Shown: positions 18,657 through 30,757, numbered from the stretch's first letter. The stretch is 64,000 bases of DNA from Terriglobia bacterium (GCA_963768095.1 CAVYGT010000002.1:1438294-1502293), one strand, 5' to 3'. The notes: generated by a model not told the origin, from the sequence alone. Made by a program: numbers and translations.

Positions 18657-20135
18657 GTGAGGTTTCGATTTTTCGGAGCGCTCGTGGTTCTGAGCAGCAC
18701 GCTTGCGGCGGGACCTGATTACTTCACGCCTGAACATCGGCTCGCCGGGATCGGTGTCGATCGAAAAGAGATTACGCCCGCGACGCTGGAGACGCGCATC
18801 GCGCGCATGGTTCAGTCGCAAACCTTCGTGATCATGCGCGAGCCGCAGGCGACGGCCGGCGCCGAGAGAATCACAAGCCCCAGGCTGGCGCGAATCTTCC
18901 GCAATGCCGCGGCGTCCAGCGGGATTCCGGTTTCACTGATTTCCGCGATTGCTTACTTGGAGAGTTGGGGCGATGCGCAAGCCGTCAGTCCAGCCGGACC
19001 CAAGGGCATCATGCAATTTTCCGAGGCCACCGCGCGTGCGGCCGGCCTGCGCGTGGTGCGCGTCACAAAGTTCCGGATTACCAGCGAGCGCAAGCTGGTT
19101 CGTAACAAAGCCGGCAAGGCTACCTACCGCACAGTACGCCGCAAGGTGCCGTACACAATTACGGTCCGAGACGATCGTCTGATTCCCGAGCGTGCCGTGC
19201 CCGCCGCGGCCCACTACCTGGCGCGATTGGAAACGAAATTCGGCGGTTTGGACTGGGCTGTTTTCGGCTACCACTGTGGCGAGGGCTGCATCGCCGAATT
19301 GCTTCCGTTGGCCCAAGCTGCGCTGGGAGAAAAACAGCTGACCGTTGCGCAGACGTTTTTCGCGGCCTCTCCAGCACGGCATAGCGAACTCTACGAGGCC
19401 CTGCAACGCCACATGCAGCGCGACTATTCGCCGACCTATTGGTTCCGGGTCCAGCGCGCCGAGCAGTTGCTGAGCTCGTATCAAAACGATCGCGCGGCGT
19501 TCCAGGAGCTGGCGGACGAATATCGCAATCCCATCAATGCCCTGCGCCGCGCCAACGATCGGCTAGTGGTCTGGTTGAAGTCGGAGGACACATACTACCA
19601 GTCGGCCGAAGAGCTGAAGACCGCCTGGGGCAAGGGTCTGGTGCCGGCGTTCGACGACCCCGCATTTTTCGGCTTTACTCCGCCGTCCTCGGCGCCGAGC
19701 GAAGAACTATACTTGCAAGACTCGCCATCCGCCATCGGAACGCTGCTCTATATTTCCTTCGAAACCCGCCGGCTATTCGACGCGCTCCAGCCGAAAGGCG
19801 AGCACTTCGCGCCGCTGCAAGTGGTCGAGCTGGTGAGCACCATCGACCGGCCGGCTGAAGGGGGCACGCATCTGGTGGACCCCGAGTATCCCGAGCACGC
19901 CACCGGCCAGGTTTTCGACATCGACATGTCGAATCTTCCGCGCGGCGAGCGCGAGGCCCTGAACTTCACGCTGGATGACATGGGATGGGACGGGTATCTC
20001 GGGTTTGTTCAGGTGACCGGCGACACCATGCATATCGGATGCTCGCCTTCCTCGCGCGAGTTCTTCGAGACCGTGTTCGAGGAAGCCTCGGCGGGGCTCA
20101 CGGGGCTAGGAAGCAGCGGCAGTTCGCTGCAGTGA
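18657..20135 (+). CDS. lytic transglycosylase (SLT) domain protein with a C-terminal VanY/M15-like motif region
   Basis: GTG start followed by a signal peptide. SLT catalytic region AIAYLESWGDAQAVSPAGPKGIMQF. The C-terminal EHATGQVFDID .. TMHIG resembles the H-x-x-G-x-A-x-D and final His of LAS (M15) metallopeptidases; that part is inference. Confidence 0.75.
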   Translation: MRFRFFGALVVLSSTLAAGPDYFTPEHRLAGIGVDRKEITPATLETRIARMVQSQTFVIMREPQATAGAERITSPRLARIFRNAAASSGIPVSLISAIAYLESWGDAQAVSPAGPKGIMQFSEATARAAGLRVVRVTKFRITSERKLVRNKAGKATYRTVRRKVPYTITVRDDRLIPERAVPAAAHYLARLETKFGGLDWAVFGYHCGEGCIAELLPLAQAALGEKQLTVAQTFFAASPARHSELYEALQRHMQRDYSPTYWFRVQRAEQLLSSYQNDRAAFQELADEYRNPINALRRANDRLVVWLKSEDTYYQSAEELKTAWGKGLVPAFDDPAFFGFTPPSSAPSEELYLQDSPSAIGTLLYISFETRRLFDALQPKGEHFAPLQVVELVSTIDRPAEGGTHLVDPEYPEHATGQVFDIDMSNLPRGEREALNFTLDDMGWDGYLGFVQVTGDTMHIGCSPSSREFFETVFEEASAGLTGLGSSGSSLQ

Positions 20136-21275
20136 CTGAATTTCTTCAACCACCAATTCCAGCTCTTCATCCTTGGTGTAAAAGTGCGGCGCGACGCGGA
20201 TGCCGGCGCCGGGCCGGTAATCAACTAGAAAATCCCGGCGCAGCAATTCTTGCGTCACTTCGTATCCGTTGGGCACGTCCAGCGTGACGGTGCCTCCACG
20301 CTGCGCTGCGTCGCGAGGTGAATTGATCCGGTACCCGGCCTTTTCCGCCAGTTCCATGAGCAGCGAAGTTTGGCGAACCGACTTGGCGCGAATATTTTCC
20401 ACGCCCACCTGATGGATGATCTCGTAGCCGGATTGCGCCGCGTAGAGGCCGGGAATATTGGGTGTGCCGTGCAGAAAGCGAAACGCGCTGCCGGCGAACT
20501 CGATGGCGCCCGGATCGAAATCGAACGGGTTTCTATGCGCCATCCAGCCCGTGAGACGCGGCTCGAGTGAAGGCCACAGGTCGCGGCGAACGTACAGATA
20601 GCCGGCGCCCGGGCCGCCGCACAGCCATTTCACCGATCCGCCGGTGGCGAAATCGACGTCTAGCTCCCGCACGTTGATCGGCACCGTGCCCGCCGATTGA
20701 TAGATATCGGCCACCACCAGGGCTCCCATCTGGTGCGCGCGCTGCGTGATCGCGCGGAGGTCCTGGATGAAGGCGCTCTTGAAGATGACATGCGACACCG
20801 AGACCAGCAGAGTTTCCTGGTCGATCGCGGCCAGCAACTTCTCCAGCGGGACGGTGATTCCGTCTTCAGACGGCACGGTTCTGACCCGCGCGCCCAGCGA
20901 TTCAAGCTGGCGATGAATGTAGAGATTGGACGGGAAGTTGAGAGCTTCGGAAACGATCTTATTGCGCGTGCCGGTCCAGTCGAAGCAAGAGGCGATCAGG
21001 GATTGGCAGATCGACACGCTGGGATGCATCGTGACTTCGCCTTCGCCCGCGCCAATGATCTTGCCGACCAGGTTGCCGACGGTCAGGGGCATTTCCCACC
21101 AACCCTCTTCCCAGGCACGGATGCTGCGCGTGGACCAAACATCGGCGTATTCGTTGAGCCGCTCGCGCGTGCGGCGCGGCATGGCGCCCAGCGAGTTGCT
21201 GATCAAGTAGACAGTCTTGTCGAGCGCAGGAAACTCTCTGCGCCACTCCAACAGCGGGTCGGCCATGTCTCCCAT
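20106..21275 (-). CDS. kynU: kynureninase-like PLP enzyme (aminotransferase class V fold)
   Basis: Motifs REFPALDKTVYLISNSLGAMP and GGSVKWLCGGPGAGYLYV (PLP-lysine region). The ATG at 21275 was chosen; track ORF 20106..21425 extends further upstream. It overlaps the convergent SLT gene by 30 nt. Confidence 0.8.
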   Translation of the reverse strand: MGDMADPLLEWRREFPALDKTVYLISNSLGAMPRRTRERLNEYADVWSTRSIRAWEEGWWEMPLTVGNLVGKIIGAGEGEVTMHPSVSICQSLIASCFDWTGTRNKIVSEALNFPSNLYIHRQLESLGARVRTVPSEDGITVPLEKLLAAIDQETLLVSVSHVIFKSAFIQDLRAITQRAHQMGALVVADIYQSAGTVPINVRELDVDFATGGSVKWLCGGPGAGYLYVRRDLWPSLEPRLTGWMAHRNPFDFDPGAIEFAGSAFRFLHGTPNIPGLYAAQSGYEIIHQVGVENIRAKSVRQTSLLMELAEKAGYRINSPRDAAQRGGTVTLDVPNGYEVTQELLRRDFLVDYRPGAGIRVAPHFYTKDEELELVVEEIQSLQRTAAAS

Positions 21276-21318
21276 AATATCTGTCCAGACGCTTCCTGAC
21301 GCCGGATACAATTGAACC

Positions 21319-21843
21319 CTGGGATCGCTCACCATCATCACTGGTTCTCCGGGAGCCGGAAAGACAACGCTGGCAGCGCGGCTAGCCAACGACAGCCCGC
21401 GCGGGGTGCATGTGGCGGGCGACACGTTCTACACGTTCCTGGCGCATCCGCTGAACCCGGCGCTTCCTGAGTCTCACCAGCAAAACGCTGCGGTGATCAC
21501 CGCTACGGTGCGCGCCGCCGGAGCGTTGGCGTCCGCCGGCTATGAAGTTTTTCTGGATGGCATCTTCGGTCCTTGGTTCCTGCCTCTGATTTTCCAGGAA
21601 TTGCAAGATTCGCCCACGGACCTCACCTACGTTGTCTTACGGGTGACGCTGGACGAAGCTCTGCGGCGAACCCGGGAACGGGACGCGGCGCTGGATGAAC
21701 ACGTGATCCGGCATATGCACCAGGCCTTTGCCGATCTTGGGTCGTACGAACACCACGTCCTAGAGACCACTCAAATGGCGTCGGACGAAGTCGTCTTCAG
21801 GTTCGGACAAATCCGGCCGGCCCTGGTTCTCGCGCACCCGTAA
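21319..21843 (+). CDS. P-loop NTPase/kinase (AAA_33-like) with no canonical start upstream of its Walker A motif
   Basis: Walker A ITGSPGAGKTTLAARLA is encoded at 21334-21384. There is an in-frame TGA at 21313-21315 and no ATG, GTG or TTG before the GTG at 21406, which is the track ORF start. The likely start is the CTG at 21319; otherwise the gene is N-terminally damaged. Confidence 0.55.
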   Translation: MGSLTIITGSPGAGKTTLAARLANDSPRGVHVAGDTFYTFLAHPLNPALPESHQQNAAVITATVRAAGALASAGYEVFLDGIFGPWFLPLIFQELQDSPTDLTYVVLRVTLDEALRRTRERDAALDEHVIRHMHQAFADLGSYEHHVLETTQMASDEVVFRFGQIRPALVLAHP

Positions 21844-21863
21844 GGCACAGACCTGCCCGGCTG

Positions 21864-22304
21864 TCAGACCCTGAACGTATCGGCGCGCCAGGTGACGATG
21901 GCTTTCTTGATATCTTTGCTGGCCATCTTGGAGCTGAGCGTCTTCTCGATCAAGCCGGGAAGTTCGGCGTCGGACGCGAATCGCAGCGCCACGATCTGCG
22001 TCTCAGTCAGCTCGCCGACGCGGGGCTTCAATTGCGCCGGCAGCAATGCCTGGAAGCGCTGCTGTTCCTCCAATCGGATCAGACGGTCCTGCACGCGCAG
22101 CGGATTGATTCGAATCAGCAACACTGCCACCGGCGCCATCAAGCCGATCAGCAGTAGAATCCAGGCTTCGAGCGCGCCGGAATGACGAACGACGTTGACG
22201 ATCGTCAGGATAAGCAGCACCAGCGTCGCCGGCATCAGGAAAAAATGGAAAGGCGGATGCATCCGGGTGTGGTTCGCGTAGGTCTGCGGAAGTTTTTCGG
22301 CCAT
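21864..22304 (-). CDS. small two-TM membrane protein of unknown function
   Basis: MAEKLPQTYANHTRMHPPFHFFLMPATLVLLILTIVNVV.. has two hydrophobic helices. The ATG at 22304 is preceded by AAGGAGACACG. Confidence 0.6.
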   Translation of the reverse strand: MAEKLPQTYANHTRMHPPFHFFLMPATLVLLILTIVNVVRHSGALEAWILLLIGLMAPVAVLLIRINPLRVQDRLIRLEEQQRFQALLPAQLKPRVGELTETQIVALRFASDAELPGLIEKTLSSKMASKDIKKAIVTWRADTFRV

Positions 22305-22509
22305 CGTGTCTCCTTGCTTTAGAAATAGTATTCTACTAAGAGGGGGCTTGTGCGGTGCAAATGCCGCCAAACCCTCGAAAAATCTGCGTTTCCTGCCTTG
22401 AATTCAACGTGACAACTATGCTACGGTAGCGGTGTTGGGATACCGGTTTCAGGCGCATTGCTGCTGGTGCAAGCGCCTTCTCGCAGTCTAAACCTCAACT
22501 AGAAAATTC

Positions 22510-22959
22510 ATGGAGTCGACGCTACACGATCTAGGTGGATTACTGCTAAAGGCCGTACCGACGATAGTGCTTCTGCTCATCGTCTACGTCTACCTGCGGT
22601 GGATGTTCTTCCGTCCATTGGAAAAAGTACTCGCCGAACGCAAGCAGGCCACCGCGGGCACGCGTGAAAAGGCGGAGGCGCTGCTTCAAAAGGCGGATCA
22701 GACCGCAGCGGCTGTCGAGACCGAATTGCGCAAGGCGCGCGAAGGCGTTTATCAGGAGCAGGAGGAGGCCCGGCGCCGCTGGGCCTCCGATCAGGCGGCG
22801 CAGCTGGAGCAGGCGCGGCACAGCGCGCGCGAGATGATCCATCAGGCGCAGGCGCAACTCGACTCCGAATCAGCCGCCGCGAAACGCGAACTCGCAGCTA
22901 CCGCGGATAGTTTGGCTGAACAGATCGCCCGCACGTTGCTCGAAAGGACCACCGCCTGA
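22510..22959 (+). CDS. atpF: F0F1 ATP synthase subunit b' (b-type stalk)
   Basis: One N-terminal TM helix followed by a long charged coiled coil. It is the first gene of the atp cluster. Confidence 0.8.
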   Translation: MESTLHDLGGLLLKAVPTIVLLLIVYVYLRWMFFRPLEKVLAERKQATAGTREKAEALLQKADQTAAAVETELRKAREGVYQEQEEARRRWASDQAAQLEQARHSAREMIHQAQAQLDSESAAAKRELAATADSLAEQIARTLLERTTA

Positions 22960-23561
22960 TGCGCCGTGCCGTGCTGGCGCTAGCGCTCGGATTGACGCTG
23001 GCTTCTTTTGCGCTTCCTCAAGAGAGCGGAAGCAAATCGAGCCCGGTTGAAGAGACCGGCGATCCGTGGATCGTATGGAAGTGGGTCAACTTTGCAATCC
23101 TGGTGGGCGGCCTTGGATATCTGGTCGCAAAAACCGCGCCGGCCTACTTCAAAAGCCGCTCGGATGAGATCCAGCGCGCGCTCGTAGAAGCTACGCGCGA
23201 GATCAAGGACGCCGAGGCGAAGGCTGCCAACTTAGATCTGCGCCTGGCCGGCATCCAAACCGAAGTGGAGAATTTGCGCAGCGACGCGCGCGCCGAAATG
23301 GCCGCGGAAGGTGAACGCATTCGAACCGAGACCGAGCGGCATCTGAAGAGAATTCAGGAGCAGACCGTTCAGGAGATCGCCTTAATGTCTAGGAGCGCGC
23401 GCGACGAACTGCGCAAATATTCCGCCGGGCTGGCTCTCGATCTGGCCGAACAACGCATCCGGTCCAGCATGACTCCCGGCCTGCAGGAGGTTCTGGTGGA
23501 CAGCTTCGTCCACGATCTGCATCGCCTCGGCCCGGATGCGCGCAAGAAGGAGAACAACTGA
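22959..23561 (+). CDS. atpF: F0F1 ATP synthase subunit b
   Basis: TM helix WKWVNFAILVGGLGYLV followed by a coiled coil. Its start overlaps the preceding gene's stop (ATGA-type overlap), and it precedes atpH. Confidence 0.8.
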   Translation: MRRAVLALALGLTLASFALPQESGSKSSPVEETGDPWIVWKWVNFAILVGGLGYLVAKTAPAYFKSRSDEIQRALVEATREIKDAEAKAANLDLRLAGIQTEVENLRSDARAEMAAEGERIRTETERHLKRIQEQTVQEIALMSRSARDELRKYSAGLALDLAEQRIRSSMTPGLQEVLVDSFVHDLHRLGPDARKKENN

Positions 23562-23564
23562 TTC

Positions 23565-24122
23565 ATGGCATCGGCTGTAGCGAACCGGTACGCGCGGGCG
23601 CTGGTGGATCTGGTCTTGGCGCCCGGCTCATCCTTGAAGCCCGAGGAGGCCGTGGCCCAGCTTCGCGCTGTCGAGCAGATGCTGGGTGAATCCCTGGAGC
23701 TGCGCAATGCGCTTCTGACTCCGGCGATTCAAACCTCGCGCAAGCGCGCAGTGATGGGCAAGTTGCTCGAAAGAATCCAAACGCCGCATCTGATCCGCAA
23801 TTTCATATTTGTGGTCATCGGTCACCGGCGCATTGCAATGATCGGTGAAATCCGGGAAGCCTTTGAGCTGCTGGTCGACGAGCGGCTAGGCTTCGTCCGC
23901 GCCGAAGTGACCTCCCCGGCAGCGCTCGATGACAGGCGCCGGGAAAATCTGGAATTGGAACTGTCGCGTATGACCGGCCAACGTATGCGCTTGCGCTTCG
24001 CGGTGGACGGGGAGTTGCTGGGAGGGGCGGTGGCGCGAATCGGGTCCCGGGTGTACGACGGGTCCCTGCGCGGCCAACTCCTGCGCATGCGCCGGGAATT
24101 GACGGGACAGATCGCGGAATAG
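23565..24122 (+). CDS. atpH: F0F1 ATP synthase subunit delta
   Basis: OSCP-like sequence beginning MASAVANRYARALVDL.., positioned between the b and alpha subunit genes. Confidence 0.9.
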   Translation: MASAVANRYARALVDLVLAPGSSLKPEEAVAQLRAVEQMLGESLELRNALLTPAIQTSRKRAVMGKLLERIQTPHLIRNFIFVVIGHRRIAMIGEIREAFELLVDERLGFVRAEVTSPAALDDRRRENLELELSRMTGQRMRLRFAVDGELLGGAVARIGSRVYDGSLRGQLLRMRRELTGQIAE

Positions 24123-24134
24123 AAGGGATAACTG

Positions 24135-25673
<1,539 letters not shown>

Positions 25674-25676
25674 CCA

Positions 25677-26540
25677 ATGCCCAGCCTGATCGATCTACGC
25701 CGGCGGATTCGCTCGGTCAAGAACACGCAGCAGATCACCAAGGCCATGAAGGTGGTCTCGGCGGCCAAGCTGCGCCGTGCTCAGGACCGGGTGTTGGCGG
25801 CGCGCCCGTACGCGCAGATCATCCGCCGGATGCTGGTCAATGTCGCGCAAGCCGCCTCCGAGCATCAGGACGGCGAAGCCATTCCATTGCTGGCGCGCCG
25901 GCCTGAAAAGCGCATCCAGTTTCTGGTGATCACGGCCGACCGGGGCTTGGCCGGCGCGTTCAACTCGAATGTGATCCGGACCGCGCAGCGATTCATCCAG
26001 GAACACGCCGGCGCCGAGGTTGAGCTGGAGCTGATTGGGCGCAAGGGACGGGATTTTTTTCGCAAGCGGCACCGGCATATCACGGGCGAGTACACCACGC
26101 TTTTTCAGAAAGCGCCCCGCTACGAGGACGCGCTCGAAATCGCGCGCAAGGTGATCGATCGTTTCGAGAAGGCTGAAACCGACGCAGTGTATCTGGTGGT
26201 GAACAATTTCAAGACCATGATGTCGTCGCGCCTGGTGGTCACGCGCATTCTTCCTCTAGAACTGCCGGAGCAACAGGAACAGATCGACTACATCTATGAG
26301 GAGCCGCCGGAGCGCTTGCTCGAAAGCCTGCTGCCGCGGTATATCGAAGCTCAAATCTACCGCGCCATGCTGGAATCTGCGGCCGCCGAACACGCCGCGC
26401 GCATGACCGCGATGGAAGCGGCCAGCTCGAATGCGGCGGACGTAATCGATGCGCTGACTCTCAAGATGAACCGCGTCCGGCAGGCCAGTATCACCAGAGA
26501 AATTATTGAAATTGTAAGCGGCGCTGCCGCTCTGGAGTAA
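25677..26540 (+). CDS. atpG: F0F1 ATP synthase subunit gamma
   Basis: N-terminus MPSLIDLRRRIRSVKNTQQITKAMKVVSAAKLRRAQ and C-terminus ITREIIEIVSGAAALE. Confidence 0.95.
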   Translation: MPSLIDLRRRIRSVKNTQQITKAMKVVSAAKLRRAQDRVLAARPYAQIIRRMLVNVAQAASEHQDGEAIPLLARRPEKRIQFLVITADRGLAGAFNSNVIRTAQRFIQEHAGAEVELELIGRKGRDFFRKRHRHITGEYTTLFQKAPRYEDALEIARKVIDRFEKAETDAVYLVVNNFKTMMSSRLVVTRILPLELPEQQEQIDYIYEEPPERLLESLLPRYIEAQIYRAMLESAAAEHAARMTAMEAASSNAADVIDALTLKMNRVRQASITREIIEIVSGAAALE

Positions 26541-28010
<1,470 letters not shown>

Positions 28011-28433
28011 TTGGCGGACACGTTCGAAATCGAGATTGCCACGCCCGAGCGGCTGCTGGCGCGCGAGAAAGCCATTCGCGCGCAGATTCCCGCCAAGGAA
28101 GGCTACATCGGCGTATTGCCGGACCATGCCTCGCTGCTTTCGGAGCTTGGAATCGGCGCGATGACCTACACCACACCGGATGATCATCGCTTCAGCCTGG
28201 CGATTCGCGGCGGATTCCTGGAAATCCACAACAACGTCGTACGCGTACTGAGCGACATCGCCGAAAAAGGACAGGAGATCGACATTACCCAGGCCGAGAA
28301 GGACCTGAAGCACGCCCAGGATGAAATAGTCAACCCGGCCTTGGGCGTGGACATCGCCGGGGCGTTGATCGCAGTCCGCCATGCGCAGGCGCGCATCGAC
28401 GCCGCCCGCAAGGCAACCACCAAGGAAGAGTAG
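28011..28433 (+). CDS. atpC: F0F1 ATP synthase subunit epsilon
   Basis: TTG start directly after the atpD stop. The sequence is epsilon-like (FEIEIATPERLL..GGFLEI). Confidence 0.9.
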   Translation: MADTFEIEIATPERLLAREKAIRAQIPAKEGYIGVLPDHASLLSELGIGAMTYTTPDDHRFSLAIRGGFLEIHNNVVRVLSDIAEKGQEIDITQAEKDLKHAQDEIVNPALGVDIAGALIAVRHAQARIDAARKATTKEE

Positions 28434-28478
28434 CCAGCGCGCTCGCCTGGCCTCGGTTCGCTAGAATCGGATTAGGCG

Positions 28479-28772
28479 ATGTTCCGCGCAATTTTTGAGC
28501 TTCTGATGACGGTCCTCGTCATCTTCTTCCTGAGGGCCGTGATGCGGACTATCTTCAAAGGCTTCGGCGAAATGATGCATCCCGGCGCCGGCGCGCCTCC
28601 TCAGCCCAGCGCGACGAACCAAGTTCCATTGACAGGAGAGCTGAAGAAAGACCCGAGTTGTGGAACCTACATCTCGGCGGCCACCTCCATCAAAGAAACG
28701 GTAGGAGGCCAGACCGTTCATTTCTGCTCCAAGGAGTGTCGCGATAAGTACGTGGCATCGCTCGCTCGGTAG
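28479..28772 (+). CDS. membrane-anchored YHS/TRASH-type metal-binding domain protein
   Basis: N-terminal TM helix FELLMTVLVIFFL and a C-terminal Cys pattern DPSCGTYI..VHFCSKECRDKY. Confidence 0.75.
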   Translation: MFRAIFELLMTVLVIFFLRAVMRTIFKGFGEMMHPGAGAPPQPSATNQVPLTGELKKDPSCGTYISAATSIKETVGGQTVHFCSKECRDKYVASLAR

Positions 28773-28782
28773 CGCCGCGGTT

Positions 28783-30033
28783 TTGATGGCTGCCGCCGCG
28801 GCACAGGCGTCTCCGCCGTCCCCCGCGTTTTACAAAGACGTTTTGCCGATCCTCCAGAATCGATGCCAGGAATGCCATCGCCCGGGCGAGATCGCACCCA
28901 TGCCGTTCCGCACGTATGCGGAAACGCGGCCGTGGGCCAAAGCCATCCGCGACGCGGTGGTCACGCGCAAGATGCCGCCTTGGTTCGCTGATCCGAACTA
29001 CGGGCATTTCGCCAATGACCGCACGCTCTCGACCGCTGAGATCCGCACGCTCAGCGATTGGGCGGACGCCGGCGCACCTGCGGGCGATCCGAAGGCTGCG
29101 CCACTGCCTCGGACCTGGCCGGAAGGCTGGAGCATCGGAACGCCGGATGCCGTGTTCGAAATGCCGGCCAAGTTTCCCATTCCGGCGCGCGGCGCCATCG
29201 ATTATCAATACGTCATACTCCCCTTGCATTTCACCGAAGACAAGTGGGTCGAACGCGTCGAGGTGCGGCCCGAAGATCGCGCCACGGTCCACCACGCCGT
29301 GGTTTACATCCGCGATCCAGGATCGCAGTGGCTGGCGAGCCAACCGAGCGGCGTCGGCTTCGCTCTGCCCCCGACTGCAAGCCATCTGCCGAATCCGAAG
29401 AGCTTCACCACCAGCGATATTCTGATGGTCTACACGCCCGGAAATTCGTACGAGATGTGGAAGCCAGGCGTGGCGAAGAAAATCCCCGCGGGGGCCGACC
29501 TGGTCCTGCAGATGCACTACACCGCCACCGGTAGGCCCAGCTCGGACCGGACCAGCATCGGCATTGTTTTCGCCAAGCAGCCGCCCAAACAGGCTGTGCT
29601 CACGCTACAAATGGGAAACGATCGTTTCGTAATTCCGCCCGGCGACCCAAACTTCCGCGTCACGGTCTCAGGCACTCTGCCGAACGATGCGCTCCTGATT
29701 GGCTTGCTCCCGCACATGCACCTCCGGGGCAAAGGGTTCGAATACCTGATCAACGGGCCGAGCGGCGCGGTCGAGACTCTGTTGAAGGTCAGCAACTACG
29801 ACTTCAACTGGCAGCTCAACTATCGGTTGGCCGAGCCGCGGTTGCTGAAAGCCGGCACTCGTCTCGAATGGGTGGGTTACTTCGACAATTCGCCGAACAA
29901 TCCGCGCAATCCCGACCCCTCCGCGGAGGTTCGCTTCGGGGAACAGAGCTGGGAGGAGATGATGATCGGATTCTTCGATGTCATCGTGGACGCGAGCATC
30001 TCCAAGACGGCTTTTTTCGAACGCAAGCGTTAG
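28783..30033 (+). CDS. haem-c domain fused to a PHM/DBH-like bicopper monooxygenase domain
   Basis: CxxCH motif LQNRCQECHRPGE. The putative CuH site is VHHAVVY plus LQMHY. The putative CuM site is PHMHLRG plus WEEMMIG. This order matches the peptidylglycine alpha-hydroxylating monooxygenase ligand pattern HH..H..HxH..M. Confidence 0.7.
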   Translation: MMAAAAAQASPPSPAFYKDVLPILQNRCQECHRPGEIAPMPFRTYAETRPWAKAIRDAVVTRKMPPWFADPNYGHFANDRTLSTAEIRTLSDWADAGAPAGDPKAAPLPRTWPEGWSIGTPDAVFEMPAKFPIPARGAIDYQYVILPLHFTEDKWVERVEVRPEDRATVHHAVVYIRDPGSQWLASQPSGVGFALPPTASHLPNPKSFTTSDILMVYTPGNSYEMWKPGVAKKIPAGADLVLQMHYTATGRPSSDRTSIGIVFAKQPPKQAVLTLQMGNDRFVIPPGDPNFRVTVSGTLPNDALLIGLLPHMHLRGKGFEYLINGPSGAVETLLKVSNYDFNWQLNYRLAEPRLLKAGTRLEWVGYFDNSPNNPRNPDPSAEVRFGEQSWEEMMIGFFDVIVDASISKTAFFERKR

Positions 30034-30150
30034 CAAGTTTTCCCCAGTGCAGGCTAAAAAGTACCAAGCCGCGGGGCGCGCGCCCGCAGATGTTTCATTG
30101 CAACTTCATAAAGTTCAAGCCGGCGGCGATTGGAACCCCGCTTGCTACTG

Positions 30151-30624
30151 ATGCGTCCCATGTGGAATAAATCACGTGAGGCACAAGTGCCCTCATCCGC
30201 GCCAGCGCCCCAGACGCCGCCGCACCCGCAGCCATTGCACGATAGCGGCTCGACACGGCCGACAGTCTTCGGCAAATCGATGAAGATCATTGGAGAAGTG
30301 TCCAGCGACGAAGACTTGCAATTGGATGGCGACCTGGAGGGCAAGCTGACCCTGAAGAGCCGGCTCACCATCGGTCCGTCCAGCACAGTGAAAGCCAACA
30401 TCAAGGCCAAAGAGGTGGTGGTGGCTGGTACCGTCCACGGAAACGTGGAAGCGGAGAACCGCATAACGCTGCGCACCGGCGCGAACCTGGTGGGCGACAT
30501 CAAGACCGCCGGAATCGTGATTGAAGATGGCGCGTACTTCAAAGGCGGGATCGACATCTCAAAGCCTGAGCCATCAAAAGCTGCTCCGCGGGCGGCTGGC
30601 GCGGCGGCCGGCGATAAGCGCTAA
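30151..30624 (+). CDS. bactofilin (polymer-forming cytoskeletal protein)
   Basis: Beta-helical bactofilin core IIGEVSSDEDLQLDGDLEGKLTLKSRLTIGPSSTVKANIKAKEVVVAGTVHGNVEAENRITLRTGANLVGDIKTAGIVIEDGAYFKGGI. The start is uncertain: ATG at 30151 or at 30160. Confidence 0.85.
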   Translation: MRPMWNKSREAQVPSSAPAPQTPPHPQPLHDSGSTRPTVFGKSMKIIGEVSSDEDLQLDGDLEGKLTLKSRLTIGPSSTVKANIKAKEVVVAGTVHGNVEAENRITLRTGANLVGDIKTAGIVIEDGAYFKGGIDISKPEPSKAAPRAAGAAAGDKR

Positions 30625-30725
30625 CTCGCAAAAATCACGGATTTAGGGTAGTAACCGGTTCTCACGGAAAGCGATCTAACTAAGTGAGGCCGCACCCTCG
30701 CAAGAGGAACTGTGGCCGTGGGGGA

Positions 30726-30753
30726 GAACGCCCGTCAGCAATGGCGGGCGTTC
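30726..30753. terminator. GC-rich hairpin between convergent genes (bactofilin and caspase/TPR)
   Basis: Arms GAACGCCCG (30726-30734) and CGGGCGTTC (30745-30753) form a 9-bp stem with a 10-nt loop. There is no clear U-tract on either strand. Confidence 0.45.
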
Positions 30754-30757
30754 CCGC

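Noticed and set aside
28737-28745. My hand translation of the YHS gene seemed to hit an extra C (TGT-C-CGC) that would truncate it.
   Set aside because: The supplied ORF track reads straight through (..SKECRDKYVASLAR) to 28772, and downstream coordinates are consistent with the track. This is most likely my own base-counting error, not a frameshift.
30726-30753. Similarity between this hairpin (GCCCG-TCAGCAATGG-CGGGC) and the terminator at 48741..48763 (GCCCGC-GTCAATG-GCGGGC), as a possible second repeat family.
   Set aside because: The shared sequence is short and GC-stem dominated. Two instances are not enough to separate it from chance among GC-rich terminator hairpins.
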